A DNA stretch of 62,816 nt, counting the filler, from Diploschistes diacapsis (lineage: Eukaryota), in assembly GCA_023645945.1 (NCBI GenBank). It is 31 parts of 31 records of this genome, joined end to end, with 100 filler letters (N's around TTAATTAATTAA, not from the genome) between each part and the next. Parts side by side here need not be neighbours in the genome. Positions count along the whole stretch, not along the records: positions 9,879 to 30,501 come from JALAIB010000335.1; 30 more parts are not named here. One strand, 5' to 3'. Each line of letters starts with the position of its first letter. Positions within the stretch are counted from its first letter, which is position 1. Of this stretch, positions 12,303-25,010 are shown one piece after another. A program made the translations under genes and the position numbers. The notes beneath the pieces are model-generated. The model was not told the origin of the DNA and ran no database searches. It saw only the letters and a program-made list of their open reading frames with translations.

Positions 12303-13162
12303 GTAAGGGCGGGCTTGGAAAGCTTGTTGGAGGTAAAGAGAGTTGAGAGTTTAATATCAATCTGCCTCGGTGCTTGAGCGACTATTCAAAGTTCTAACAA
12401 TACGTGTGCCCGCCAAAGCTCCAGCCTTTCCGCGCCTTTAGCCGGTCAAGAATCCATGGTCCTTAATCTGCTTTCGGAGTTGCTGAACTCGATCGGGGCG
12501 CCGGGAGCATGCTGTTGCACCTCTATAAGCCACGTTCCTAAGGGCCGGATTGCTCTGGCTATTGTTTCGTTATTTGCTTCTGCATCTATGACCGCAAAGC
12601 ATTCATCCTCCGCAGAAGGGCGCCTAAAGGTTGCCGTCGAACTGGGTAGTTTGCGAACTTTGTCAGGATAGGCATGAGCTCTTTAAGGTGGGCTTGAGTG
12701 TTGCCAATACTGGAATCTTGAATCAAATACTCATAAACGGCTCCTCAAAACGATTTGCGAGAAGAGGGCGCGCCGGTCACCTACCATCCTTCACAACAGG
12801 TTTAATACAGTAAAGCTCAAGTGCGTAGCGGATAGAGCTACAAAGAAACGAAAAGGCCGAATAAGCTGGAGGAGATTTCTTCCGTAGCAGAAGCTTGCGG
12901 AAGACGGTGTCAATTCAATTCAAAATACATAAGTTACTCTATTTCCACGGTGAATGGCTAAATGTACCATGATGCTTTTTATTAGATCTATCTGAGAGAT
13001 TACCATTTACTATTGCTAGCAGTCTTGTTTTGTTTTTTTCGAATCCCTAAGCATGCCCTTCACAACCTACAGCTAACGGATTAATTGCTCGTTCATACTT
13101 ATTTCTTTCCGCTCTTTCTTGGACCCTTCTTGCCAGCTTTCTTACCCCAAAGTTCGAGCGAT

Positions 13163-14522
13163 TCAGTGTCCTCGTCGTCCTGCACAGGTTCTGGTTCCTC
13201 TGCAGGAAGTATAGGAGCTTCTGACGAACATTCTTCCGGAAATGGTGCTTTCTTTGAACCAGCGGGTGTATCCTGCTGTCCACCATATTGCTGCGAGATC
13301 GGAATTAGGCTTTGAAGGGTTGTACTTCTTCAATCGCTTCAGCTCAGTCATACCGCGTTCTAGTATTTCTAGCTTTTCCGTTGCACGCACTCTCTCAGCC
13401 GCCGACTCATTATTGTCACCCGCAGCGCGTTGGAGGTCTGCGTCGGTAAGATCGCAAATAGCCTCTGTGGAAAGATGGCTGGGAAGCCTTTGGGTCAAAC
13501 ATTCTTCGATGGCAAGAACGCTGCCATCATTGATGAGATTCTCCAGAGCGACCTAAACTTATTTAGTGGTGCCACAAGATAGAAAAACAACTGCTGACTT
13601 TATAGTATGCTTCCATCATGTCGGGCTCTGTGCAAAGGAGAAGAGTGTCTAGCAGAGCTGTCATATTGAACCAGTGTCCAGTAGTATCACGAGGCAGCTC
13701 GTCTACATTCAAAAAGGTTTTAAGCTGTTTCTCCATCTCACGTCGATGACGAGTAGCCTGTGCCTCTGCACGTTCTCGATTAGCCTGTGATTACAGGTGA
13801 TATGATGGCCGAATAAATGTGGCTTCAGAAGTTCATCTACCTTCATAGACAATTCTGCTTTCAGGCGCTCCATGAATAGACCAATAATCTCACAAACAAG
13901 GGATCCAGCTGTCTGGTCATCCACACCATAGCGAAGAACGGCAATGACGGTTGCATAAGCAGAACTAAGAATGCGCTCAAAGAGGTCATGTACCAGATTT
14001 TGCCAGGGTTTGCACTGCTTGCTGAAGAGTTCGGCGACAATCATAGGAATTTATGTGCCTGGGAGCTCTCGTCCCCTGCTTTCTTTCTTGAGAACTCTCA
14101 CCTCTTCGATATAATCAGACCGGGAAATGAAACGGCCATCCTCGGTTGAAGAGGCTGGGCCCTCTTGAATGATTCCTGAGTGACGACCTGGCCGATGTCC
14201 AAATCGGCTTGTGTTTAGCTAAAGGCACTGAGTCTCTTCTTTTCTTCTTTGGAACGATCGAGACTGGGGATAATATGGACTTTAACACCCATGGAGACGC
14301 TGCGGCGTAGGATGAGTTCTGTAGCAAATCTGGTGCATAGATTATCCTTAGCAGGAAACGACATATGGGAGATTGCTTCCAGGACCGAACTTTTGCCAGC
14401 AGACCGGTCACCACAGACAATGATTTGAGGCAAGTCCACGAATCTGTTGATGCCTTGAGAGCGAAGATTGTCAATGATGTCGAGTAGATCTCGGTGGTCT
14501 TTGGACTGCAAAGTGCCACCAT
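13163..14522 (-). pseudogene. Dynamin/Mx-like GTPase pseudogene (frameshifts, stops, large internal deletion)
   Basis: LPQIIVCGDRSAGKSSVLEAIS..FP.KDNLCTRFATE (G1/G2); then RGRELPGT*, PH..GHHITCNH and GED-like LAIEECL...ERVRATEKLEIL; G3/G4 region missing. Confidence 0.9.
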
Positions 14523-15143
14523 CTCCGTACACAGGTGCAGTATCTTGGTATGCTCTCAGTTGATGAGTCACTAAAGAGTGGAAGGAATTGCTCGGAAGGG
14601 TCTGAAGGAAGTCGAGATGAAGGAAGTCATTTGCTTTAGCGGCTAATCGAAGTCTCACCCAAAAAACACCCGGGTCGCGCGAGCTTAGGGCGGCCGTCAC
14701 GCTAGTCCGGAAGAGGGATGAAGTCCTCTTCCTTCTTGGCAGCCTAGCCCAGTTTTATTGTATAGTAAAACTCTCTAAATTCAAACCTACGCCTATTTCC
14801 ATCCAAGCGGGGCTGTAATATCGCTCCAACTTGAATGGCGTATCGAAGCTGCCTCGCCTTTCATATATGAGGAGTAACACTATGGCCAACTTGTCCATTA
14901 GTGGGGCTTAGAACAATAAAGGCTGCGAGTACACCAAATAATAAAAGATGCCTCGGTCACGTTCGAGGGATACGCGTAATGGCTATTTGAACGTGTGGAA
15001 AAAGTATCCCATTAAGCCGCAAGCAAGCCGATAGATATCTATCTGTCCGGAAAATCATACACCATCACGAAGGGCGTCATCCTCCATGCGGAAGTCGTTG
15101 CCCATACACCCACAAAAGCGTCCTACGGTCCAAGTTTGAGCAA

Positions 15144-16184
15144 TCACTGCTTCTCTCCCAACGGTTGAACATTGGTGCTGGCGGCGACAGCGTCCGCTGG
15201 GCCAGTGGCCGTCCTGTCGCCCGCTACAGTATTCTTCGAACATCCAGAGCACGCACATTTCCCTTCAGCGCACGGGCAATTGCCGGTATCTCCCCCGCAC
15301 TGGCAGGTAGTTTTGCTGGTTCCGGGCACGGTGCTCGTTGAATTGGAGGCCTTGCCGCCCTTCATATCGGCCAAGCGGCGAGCTTCGGCATGGATGTCCT
15401 GCACTTGCTTGTTCGAGTCGGTGTAGAACTTGTGGAGCTTCTGCCCCGTTGGCGTGCCCATGGCTTTCTCGAAGTAGCTGTTCAAGCCCAGCCATCCAGT
15501 CTTGGCCTTGTCGGTGACACCATACTTTACGTCCATCTGCTTTGCCGTCTCAGTTGCCTTGAACTTCTGGTCGAAAGTACTGAGAGCGCTGGTGAAGCGC
15601 GAGGAAACTCCGTGCTTGTTGTCCAGAGCGATTGCTTGGGAGATGGCCTGGTCGGAGAGTGCATAGCCGTGAGCGAGGTACTCGGCGACAATACGCGATC
15701 TTGGCTTGTCTTCTTGATCGAGCTCATCTGCATTATGAGCGGCGGCTCCTGAGTGCGGGGCAGAGGCTGCAATGTCTCCCAGATTGGCAGCCGACGAGAC
15801 TGATACCTGTGACGGGCCCAGCTGAGTGTTGTCAAGTAGCATTGCGGTCTTTGCGGCACTGCGAAATTATTAGCAGCCTGAAGGACTAGTAGTTCTGGCT
15901 TTCACTAACGTCTCCTTTTCGAAGGTCACAGTTGCCGATTTTGGACTATCCGATGCGCCTGACTCGGGCGTCACCGACAGAGACGTGATCTTGCCACTGA
16001 AGACTGTTAGTATAGGTGATGATCGGTAGGGATATGTTAGTCTACCAGAATGAGAAAAAATCGCGGACCTCCTTCTCTGAGGTCTGGGAAGAAATGTTCT
16101 TCACCTATGGCAGAGAGTCAGTTGGCTTCATACTGTGAGCAAGAACAAGGTACAATGCCTTACATGAACGACTGTTGAGGACAT
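15144..16184 (-). CDS. vip1: Vip1-like RRM protein (multi-exon, 3 short 5' introns) with a Cys-rich C-terminus
   Basis: Spliced MSSTVVH|VKNISSQTSEKEVRDFFSFC|GKITSLSV...ATVTFEKE|AAKTAMLLDNTQLG; QEDKPRSRIVAEYLAHGY motif; canonical GT-AG introns. Named after S. pombe vip1, not the S. cerevisiae inositol kinase. Confidence 0.88.
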
Positions 16185-16434
16185 ATTGAGCTGATGTATC
16201 TAGGCTTTATTGTGATTTGGAAGGACTCGGATGAGGGAGGTTGTAGGATGTGATAACAACAATAATAAAATAATAATATGTTCCCTTGGAGGGGTTAAGT
16301 GGGTTATACGTCATGCCTGTGGCGGTGCAGAGTCTCTCCATATGGCACTTTCACTTTCACGTGCTTTTCAACTTATCAAGCTTTTCACCACCTCTTCATT
16401 CACCAAGGCGCTCCTGTCATCACAATTCTGAGTC

Positions 16435-17383
16435 TTAAAGTCGAGCACTGAGCTTCTCGTATATCCATGCCAGTAGGCCCACAGGACTGTCCTCGAGCGA
16501 GTATCTAAGAGTCTGTGGTTTCGTGGACTGTCCGATACGGTAGCCTGATCCTTCTTTCAAGAACCAGCTAGATCTAGCAAACCACTTCCTGTCGCGTGGT
16601 GAAGATGGGGAAAGCGTGTGCCGTAGGGCTAAGATCGGGTTGGACAGGAATCGAGGCTGCTTTCCCCGGATGAGGTTGATGTGATTAGCTTTGCATGATG
16701 CTGGGTAAAGGAGACCCATTATCCGAGCAATCATATATCTTGATGGATAATCAAGGCACAGGCGCGTTTTCACAGGACGGACACTTACCCCCAGTCTCCA
16801 CCTTGAGTTACATACTCTGTGTACCCTAGCTTCTGCATCAGCTTCTGACAGGTCTCAGCGTACTGTGGCAGGCTAAAGCCTCGTTTGTTCACTCCGTCAG
16901 AGAATGCATAGTTCGGTAAAGATGGAACCACATTATGAAAGGCTGGTTTGCCCATTCCATCACTAGCACCTATGAGAGGGAGCAGCTTGAACACCTCAAT
17001 GAAGCTTCATGGCCCTGCTGTTTATCAGATCCGCATCTCGACAACGGAAGGCGACTTTTACACCCATGGCAGAAGAGTAGGGGAATCGCCCCTTTCACGG
17101 GACTAGTTTGATGAAGGAAATGAATCTTCAATAGCTCGAATCCATCCACATGTATCGACGTTTTGAAGTGCGGTAACTGGTTGATCTTTGCTTCCGCTTT
17201 TCTCCAGTCATAATCATTCTTCCAGTACGCAGCCAAGCGCTTGATGTCCGCTAAAGGTGACCCCAGATCCTATGCTGCAGGATCCAGTTCATTTGGCAGT
17301 CGTGCGAGTTCCAGCCGCTGAGTCAGTCGCGTAATCTCGGAGTCAGGTACCGCAATATGGAAAGATTCAACATCAGCGAGCAT
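16435..17383 (-). pseudogene. Microsomal-type epoxide hydrolase (EHN plus alpha/beta hydrolase) pseudogene
   Basis: [22 protein letters not shown] (HGWPGS disrupted), QGGDWG, DSPVGLLAWIYEKL; in-frame TAG near 17270 and TGA near 17008; C-terminus absent. Confidence 0.9.
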
Positions 17384-18484
17384 CTTGTAAGTCGACTGTA
17401 AGCAAGAGGACTTATCAAGTGAGTGCAACTATTGGTGTTGCATCGGCTTGACGAACAGCGGTGCTACTACAGGGATAGCGTACACTAATATCTCCGCGAA
17501 AGGACGTTCTTCTTATGACGTCATTCTTAGGAATCCTGTGCAGCGTTGATGAATTTTCAATAGGCACTGGAGTTCTTGGTCAATATGCAATCCACACTTT
17601 CGATCTCATCGCTAAATGTACTGACCGGGGTTTACGAACATCGGTCCATGCAAGGGGTGTCAAGCTCGATTGTGAGCAAGCAAAAGCCAGCAAAAAGGAT
17701 AAGCAGTCTCCAGTACCAAATCGATGCCTCTTGTTGCGATTGCCTTTCTCTCGAATTTTCCTGCGTCCCTATTGCGATTACGAGACAGCTCTTGCCGAAA
17801 GTTCAGCCCTTTAAATACTTATCGAGCATCAAATGTATAGCATTCCGAAAGGGGTGACCCGCCGACAGAATGCGTCCAGCATAGAGATTGCCGTTGATGG
17901 CGGTATTCTCATCTGCCATTGTTTCCTATGCGTACTAGGAACTTAATGATGAATCTCAAGTTTGGCAAACATGAGATGATGGATGACTCGGACAGGTAAT
18001 TCAATTACACGAGAGAGCTGTCCAAAGCGCCAGAAAGGTGCACCAAGGCCGTCTCTACGGCTTGCACACTGCTATACAGACTTCAGGCAGCCTCGGGATG
18101 CCGTCAAACCGCATGAATGCGCTATGGGTCAAGCGGTGTTCTTTCAAGAGGTAATGGATGTCCAATCTATGATCAACGTAAAGTTAGGCGTAGGTCGTAT
18201 GGTCTCTATTGTTCATCTCGTTTCGTTCATGCCGCAGCTTGGCCACTTCACTCGGTGCTCTTGTGATCTGTTGGCTTTGGGATATTCACCTCGATTACAA
18301 AACTACAGATTTTCATTCCTGACTCCTAGTTTCTGGTTGCCGGTGCTGCTCTACTGGTATTGTTCGTTTGAGTGCTGATCTGACTCTGGTTTATGAGAAC
18401 AGAACGACATTGAAGCAAAATGGTAGGCAAGACATTTTCTGTGCTCAGAAAGTAATAGGCTAATAGGCTCGGCTCAAGCCTAGT

Positions 18485-19444
18485 ATGACGGAATCTAAGT
18501 CGTGCAACAACTTGAATAAAATATGCCGAACCAGCGCGAATGAGGCCCTCGAGCTTTCCGCCTTTGATCCCAAGTCTACGGCAAACCACCCGCGCTTTGG
18601 AACGTCCGGTGCCGAAGACTGCTTGATCAACCATGAGTCTTTGAGACTACGCAACGAGCCAAAGAGTACACTTTCTATGGTTCTCTCCCTGAAGACACTC
18701 CCTCCTCTCCCTAAGCAGAGAGTAACGTCTCGCCTGGTAGTGTGTTGGGTTTTGGCAGTCTGTTTTGTACTCGTTGGCATCCATCTACTTGCCTTTCATG
18801 TTCAGCGACTCGCTGGTGCTGTGTTTTTCGGTTGTGCTGTCTTCAGCTTTCTGATAGGGGCATACGTGTGCCGTCGTCGGGCTGAAAGTAGCATTATAGA
18901 GACCCCAAATGATCTTGGAACTAGACATCAAATTCCGCCATCTTACCCAACGTTTATAGCAACGGAGTGTGAAAGGGGACTTCCGGCGAGCAGACATGAA
19001 GTCAGCCAACCGGTTGTAGTGCAGCATAGTACCTCTACCGACCCTCTTAACTCTCACGGTGTCGCAACTTCGCAAAATAAACATACACGCTATCCAATCA
19101 GTGACCTCGAACTCCGATTCCCAACCTTCAACGCTGGGCCCTCTAAATCAACCGTCACAACAGACCGACTGAATTACCCACTGCCCCCTCTCCCCTTAAG
19201 ACACGCACGTCCAAGGAGCCGCATTACGCAGTCTTCTGCCTCGGTGAGACCTCGCAATGACCTGTGGAGGACCGGAATTTTCGACGTCGCGGAGTCTTCA
19301 CTATCCGACGATTTCTATGGCCAGGATAGATCTGACGCAATTTCCAATTCCGTCTACTCTCGCGAAATCGACGAAATCGACACGGCTGTCGAGGAGGCCT
19401 ACCCGAGCTCAATGTCCAGCAATGCAGCAGAGAACGGCTGCTAA
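18485..19444 (+). CDS. Hypothetical protein with two predicted TM helices and a disordered tail (start may be 18677)
   Basis: Open 319-codon frame; hydrophobic segments LVVCWVLAVCFVLVGIHLL and LAGAVFFGCAVFSFLIGAYVC. Confidence 0.5.
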   Translation: MTESKSCNNLNKICRTSANEALELSAFDPKSTANHPRFGTSGAEDCLINHESLRLRNEPKSTLSMVLSLKTLPPLPKQRVTSRLVVCWVLAVCFVLVGIHLLAFHVQRLAGAVFFGCAVFSFLIGAYVCRRRAESSIIETPNDLGTRHQIPPSYPTFIATECERGLPASRHEVSQPVVVQHSTSTDPLNSHGVATSQNKHTRYPISDLELRFPTFNAGPSKSTVTTDRLNYPLPPLPLRHARPRSRITQSSASVRPRNDLWRTGIFDVAESSLSDDFYGQDRSDAISNSVYSREIDEIDTAVEEAYPSSMSSNAAENGC

Positions 19445-19713
19445 ACTATGGTGGTAGTGCTACAGGTACGAGACTGGAGCGGAAACTGACAGTGCGTACC
19501 GAAGACGAATCAATACGAGTCTTTCAGGGTCTAATACGCAAATGCGTATCAGTACTGATGTCGACAGACAGACGTTTGGAGATGTGTGGATGTAGGAACA
19601 ATGCAATTGTTATAGAAAGTACAAATGGTAGCTGAATGGGACAACTCGGAAGGACTAATCATGTGCATCGAACTTGCATGAAACATTCAGATCATGAATC
19701 GTTATTGCCATAG

Positions 19714-21408
19714 CTAGACCACTTTTTTGCGTCGTCTGTTTTCTCTCTGCCGCTGTTCTTTGGCTGCTTCTCGCCTTCTCCTTTTCCATGCCCGGTTGTT
19801 CTCGCCTCTATGCTCCCAGAACCACTTGGTAAATTCACTCTCCGGCTTCTCTCCTTGAGCGCTTCCCACTTTTTTCATTACTGTGCTGCGGGAAGTTTCT
19901 TCTCCCTCACTGGATTGGATCCGCACTCGCTTTCCCCGATTCTCCTCCCCTTCTGTCTTCTCTTCCTCGTCCTCTTCATCCTCTTCATCCTCTTCATCCT
20001 CCCCCCCCTCCTTCTCCTCCTCCTCATCTTCCTCTTCTTCAATATCCTCTTCTCTATCATCGCGCAGTCGGTTCCATACCTCCCCAAAACCGGATTTCCC
20101 TGGAGCTGCAGTATCCGGCGTTGGCGCTGCACTGCGCTGGTTCCGCCAATCCATGTCTCGCCGGGCATAGGGAGTCGTTGGGATGGAAAGATTGGGCAAC
20201 CCAGATGCTTTGCCTCGTCGTGCTCGCGGCAACCCTGGGGTCTCCATTGACTTTTTTACCATGTCATCCTCGGTTTCGTCGTCGAAAAAGCTGAAAGGGT
20301 TTTTGACCTTTGGGTCTGATTCGTTGACTGTAGCAGGCGCACTAGTGGGAGGCTTAGGTCGCTTGAATAGAGTCTCCAGCGGGTGGGGTTCAGCAGTCGT
20401 AGGCGATGATTGCGTGATCTGTAGGGATGGCAAATCATGGTGTGCCGGTTCAGCCTCCAGGATATCCAAAGTCTGTTTTTCGGTCTTCGCTACAGGTAGA
20501 CTGTCATCCGAAGAAGTTTGGTCATCAGACCTTTCATCCTGCCGGTTGTAATCCCCTTCTATTCCCTTGCTACCTGGTGTTGCTCCTCGTTCCTCAGGTA
20601 CGCTTGGTTCGGCCGTTGTTATAGCCTGCTGTATACGTCGGCGAGTTTTCGAAGGAGGCTCAATCACTGCGCCTCCTTCGTCAACCCACCCTTTCTCCTC
20701 ATCATACCCTTGTACGTGCCTTTTCCCTCTTGAGACGGCATCGTCACGAATGAAACTAGGATGCTTAACATTGTTTTCGTATTCATGGATCACCACGTCG
20801 CTAGCTCTGCTGTTCTTGTTCCCCTTCTTCCTCTTCGCCGTGGCGCTCTTCACTGCAGATGCCGTAGGCGGAAGCCTAGCTTGAAACAAGCATTCGGGCT
20901 CGTCGGTAAAGGTAGAGGATTTGGATTTCTTCTCCAACTTGGTATTATTGTTGGACGGACTCTGGTCCTTATTCAAGATCTTCTTCCCCTTCGCGCGATC
21001 AACAGGTTCGGTCCAGCCTCGCTTAACCTTCCTCTCTGGGGGAAGTTCATACCCAGACAGCACACCATCTTCTCTTCTGCGTTTCCTCTCCGACTTGCGT
21101 AGTGTACTTGCGCTCGGGTCTCTATCCGCAGCTTCACCTGCTTCTTCAAGAGCCTTTTCTTTGCGTTGATCCTGGCGTGCCTCTTCGACTTTGACTTTTT
21201 GACCCTTCAGTATTGCCCCCTTGAGTTTCTTCTTCAATTTCGTTGCTTCCATTATTGGCAGTTCAACAAAGCCGTACGGTCGCTCAGGAAAGGTGGACAG
21301 TACGTGGTAGGATACGCAGGATACTTGGGAACCCAGACTGGAGCCTATAATCACGGGCAGTAGCTCTTCGGAGAGGGGCGATATATGCAGGCGCGTAGAC
21401 GATACCAT
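19714..21408 (-). CDS. Nucleolar RRM-like protein (Nop8/SRP40-like), with acidic tract and basic C-terminus
   Basis: 564-aa ORF; N-terminal RRM-like RLHISPL...YGFVELP...LKGAILKGQKVKVEEAR; C-terminal FTKWFWEHRGENNRAWKRRRRE. Confidence 0.8.
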   Translation of the reverse strand: MVSSTRLHISPLSEELLPVIIGSSLGSQVSCVSYHVLSTFPERPYGFVELPIMEATKLKKKLKGAILKGQKVKVEEARQDQRKEKALEEAGEAADRDPSASTLRKSERKRRREDGVLSGYELPPERKVKRGWTEPVDRAKGKKILNKDQSPSNNNTKLEKKSKSSTFTDEPECLFQARLPPTASAVKSATAKRKKGNKNSRASDVVIHEYENNVKHPSFIRDDAVSRGKRHVQGYDEEKGWVDEGGAVIEPPSKTRRRIQQAITTAEPSVPEERGATPGSKGIEGDYNRQDERSDDQTSSDDSLPVAKTEKQTLDILEAEPAHHDLPSLQITQSSPTTAEPHPLETLFKRPKPPTSAPATVNESDPKVKNPFSFFDDETEDDMVKKSMETPGLPRARRGKASGLPNLSIPTTPYARRDMDWRNQRSAAPTPDTAAPGKSGFGEVWNRLRDDREEDIEEEEDEEEEKEGGEDEEDEEDEEDEEEKTEGEENRGKRVRIQSSEGEETSRSTVMKKVGSAQGEKPESEFTKWFWEHRGENNRAWKRRRREAAKEQRQRENRRRKKVV

Positions 21409-21689
21409 CAGTAGGTTAAGACGGATTCGTCAAATATCTGTCTACGCTCTGATTGGAGGCGAACTGGAGTACTATAGACTACCTTGAAAAAGCAAGTGGT
21501 TGCTTGTAATATCATCTGGGACAATAGGGGTTGTTTAAGATGCAAAAAGCTGGCAAGTTTCCGATAGGTGTTCGATCTCGTAGGGCTGGAGGTCCGAATC
21601 GCCGAATTTTGGCATGAATTATGCAACTCTCCAAAGGTTTTTTTCTTCATAAGCGGTCTTTCAGACATCACCAGATAGCCAAATGCGCA

Positions 21690-22621
21690 CATTCTGCTTG
21701 GGAGTTCAGACTAGTTCTGGGTCTTTGAGTCTCTTGTACTTTTCTACAAGGGTGCTGCGAATGCTACTTATGTTAACATCCAGACCGAATCCTAAGAGTC
21801 AGAACATCAAAGGCATTGAAACAACACTTCGATTTTCTTAAACCCGCGACTTCTTTCCCACTGTCTTTGCAAGTGCATTTGTCCTTCCTTTAGTCTCCTA
21901 CCCTAGCATAGCCCATTCTATCGAGTCGAGGCAGACAAAAAATAGGACCGATGTTTCTGTACGTGCTGGGATTAAGTATACTGTGTACATATCGCTAGCA
22001 TTTCAGGGCGGTAGCAAAGCATGTGTGATGCACGCACATAAGACACGGAAAATTATTTAAGACAGACGAGCGTCAGCTCTGGCATCAGCTAGATCATCAT
22101 TGTGAATGCATCTACTCAGAAAGCTACCCACTCTATCTGCGCTTATTCAATGCCCACGCTCCAGCAGGAAGCATCATCGCGGCAGGTGCCAGTTCCTCCA
22201 ACCAAGGTCCAAGGCGTGGTGGCATGGACTAGTCGTGATGAACTTGGGGTAGCAATTGCGAAGATTCTGTTGAATGGTACTCAAAATCTCGCAATCCCAG
22301 ACGGCGGCGCATATGCAGTGATTCTCTCAGGGCTCATCGCAGTGAGTCTTAAGGAAGTAGAAGCTGCGGTAAGCAAGGCTTTTTGGCTGGAGTGGCGTAC
22401 GAAGCCTAAATGATCGTGATGTAGATGAAGATTAATTCATTAACCATCATACGGCAAGCAGAGGTGGTGGGAAGAAAGCCGAGAATTTTATCGTACGTGC
22501 ATGGGCTACAACTTTCCCTCCTATATCTGAAGGAGAGCTTGTTGTGGCGGACCCAACAATGGAACAAATCCTCGGTAAGGAACCTAAGACTTTCGAGGAA
22601 GTCTTGCCAACTTTACTCTAA
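21690..22621 (+). pseudogene. NmrA-like NAD(P)-binding protein pseudogene (5' limit approximate)
   Basis: Frame-broken RAGIKYTVYISLAF...VMHAH..TENYL...IYSESYPLYL...VAWTSRDELGVAIAKIL...DPTMEQILGKEPKTFEE*. Confidence 0.7.
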
Positions 22622-23000
22622 GGCGTTGCTAGTGCACAGAGCAGCAACATGCAGTATGCTAAGCAAGCTGAAGATTGTAATGAGGCCTCTGCTGTGCCAC
22701 ATTCTGGAAGGTTGCCCTATCCGGAATTACTTAATACATCTCCCTTGTCCTTCAACTAGACCGCTGACACCAGTCACACTGGATATATATCAATCCAGCA
22801 GTTTCTGTTGAGAATCACGGAGACTTACAATGTCACTTGTCGAGCCCCTGTTGTAAGAAAGGCAAAACTCACTTCTGTAGTGCTTACATCTTTTCTGTCG
22901 TTGCTCTTTGTACTTGTGGCATGAGCGCCCGAACTCAGACATTCTCGCTACTATGAACGCGTTAGTAGGTACATGAACCGAGGAAGCATTGTTCTCGAGA

Positions 23001-24271
23001 CTAGGCCCACATTCCATCGCTGCCCTGATATAACTCTTTCACTAGACAATGTTCAACGCAGAGACCCAAATGTACATTGAGATTTAGTGATGAATCACCG
23101 CCCCAGCGGTATGACGTGCTTCTGTGGGTGCATGCATTTGCGTGTCTCGATTTGTCGATTTGTCGATTTGTCGTGTAATGGTCTTCGCGCCAAAACATGC
23201 CACAACCTCCACACCATCTCTCTGCGCAACTGAATGAGCAGCGAGCGAAAAGATATTGCAAAGGGACGTTCGAGCCTGGAAGGGCAGCAGGTTTCTGTGT
23301 GGTTTCGACGCTTGAAGAAGATTTGGGAATAGGGGAGAGAAGTGCAAGATTGAAGGCGCATCTGAAGATTTTATAGGACCCTCTGGCATCGAGTGGCCGA
23401 CTTCGCATGCTTCCAGAGCTGTGGTAGCCATCCTTGTGCCGCCGACCTCGGGTCGATTTTTGCAGCATCTACGCTCGAGGAGTCGTGCTTATACCCACGG
23501 CATAGGACCGCATCAAAGAAGATGATACCTTCACAGGCCTTTCTTGCATTTCCTCGGGGTACGACATGTTCCATCTCTTTTGGGAAGAACTTTCCCCGAG
23601 TTACGGTACCAGGGATCAACCTCTGTATTGAGTGAAGATTGAAGTGCCTCGTGTGACCTTCGATTCAACGAGACACTTAATTGAGCACCAGGCGAGTTTG
23701 TGGTGCTGCGAGAAGAGCTAGTCGAGGCTTCCTCAATCGAAAGATAGGGTCTAGTACCAAATCTGTATACATCATTGAGCCTGGGTGTGCCTGCCGTACC
23801 TGTTGGTCGCACCGCATATCGGACGACTTGCTGGAACTTTCTCTTGTTCAGGTTCTTGGATCCATTGACGGAGAGAATTTGTCCTAAAGTTCAGCGCAGA
23901 TGATTTCGTGTAAGTTCTCGACAGGTGCCAATTGCTAATCCAGTTTCAGAGGTTGGATACTGGCCAAAACATTGGCTCTTTTTGAAGGAGAAGATGCCCC
24001 TGGGCGGTCTACAATAAAAGTGTTCCTCAGTCGTAGACTCATCAATCCTCTCACTTCACCAGGATATGCCTTCCCGGTCCAATGGCGCAATGTCGACAGC
24101 AGCCCCCTCGTAGTGGATAAATCAAGATGTCGGAGAGCTCCGAGTTTTCCTTATAGATCAGTGCTCTAAATGTCTTGGAAACTGCAGCCAACTTCAGCAG
24201 GTAGATTACCAAAGATAGGGGAAAGTGTGGCAAAAGACAATGAAGTTGTGGAACGAGTCGAGGAGAGACAT
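23001..24271 (-). pseudogene. Pseudogene of a conserved F-box-like/Cys-rich protein, divergent from the UFD1-domain gene
   Basis: Fragments in shifting frames: MSLLDSFHN..LLKLAAVSKTFRALIY..RHLDLS; GTPRLNDVYRFG; ACEGIIFFDAVLCRG; CAERWCGGC; LCVEHCLV..GMWA*. Confidence 0.7.
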
Positions 24272-25010
24272 GCTCAGATTACATACTGAGGACGAATGAG
24301 GGTCAGAAATTGTAAGCGATGGTTCTAGATAGGCGATGGTCAAGATATTCTGGCAATAATATATGCCTTAAGCAGCTCGTTGAAAGCGCCTAAGTTACCC
24401 GAATTAGGAATAGGTGGTAATTTAGGTACCCGCAATGGGGCAGCGGTTATTCGGACCGTTATTTATAATAATCTTTCAATATATTTTCACCCCTTTTTGC
24501 GGGCTCTTTATTCTTGTACTATTTGTCAATATACGCTTTTTTTTTAAAGACGAGGAAACCAATGAGTTAACTTCAATTATTTTATTTATTCTACTGTTAC
24601 ATCCATATGCGCACACGTTTTAATTTATGGTGTTACTTTTTTCCGGTAATAATATGACTCAGCGCCAAGATAACGGTCAGAATAACCGGCACCCGGTTAA
24701 GGCGAAGTTCATGGTAACTTCGAGAAGCAGCTAAGATGGACTTCTTGAGCCCTTTGAGCCTTGATAGGTTCCTAGGCTTACGTGTGAACGTGGAGTTATT
24801 GACTTTGATGCAGTCGTTATATGGTTACGAACCCAATCATTAGAGTTTCCACGATCACCTTCCTGAACCGCAGCGAGTTCTTGCACGAGAATACAACATT
24901 GAGCCAATCCACTCGAGTCTTCTGTCGATTACTTTCTCATACCCTGATCTCTGAATAAATAGACTCAAGCTTCAAAGCCATATATCCCTTGAAAGTCCTC
25001 CTATGCTGCC

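Noticed and set aside
19810..21363. Many plus-strand ORFs, including a poly-Ser ORF
   Set aside because: Antisense shadows of the 564-aa gene and its acidic GAG/GAA tract
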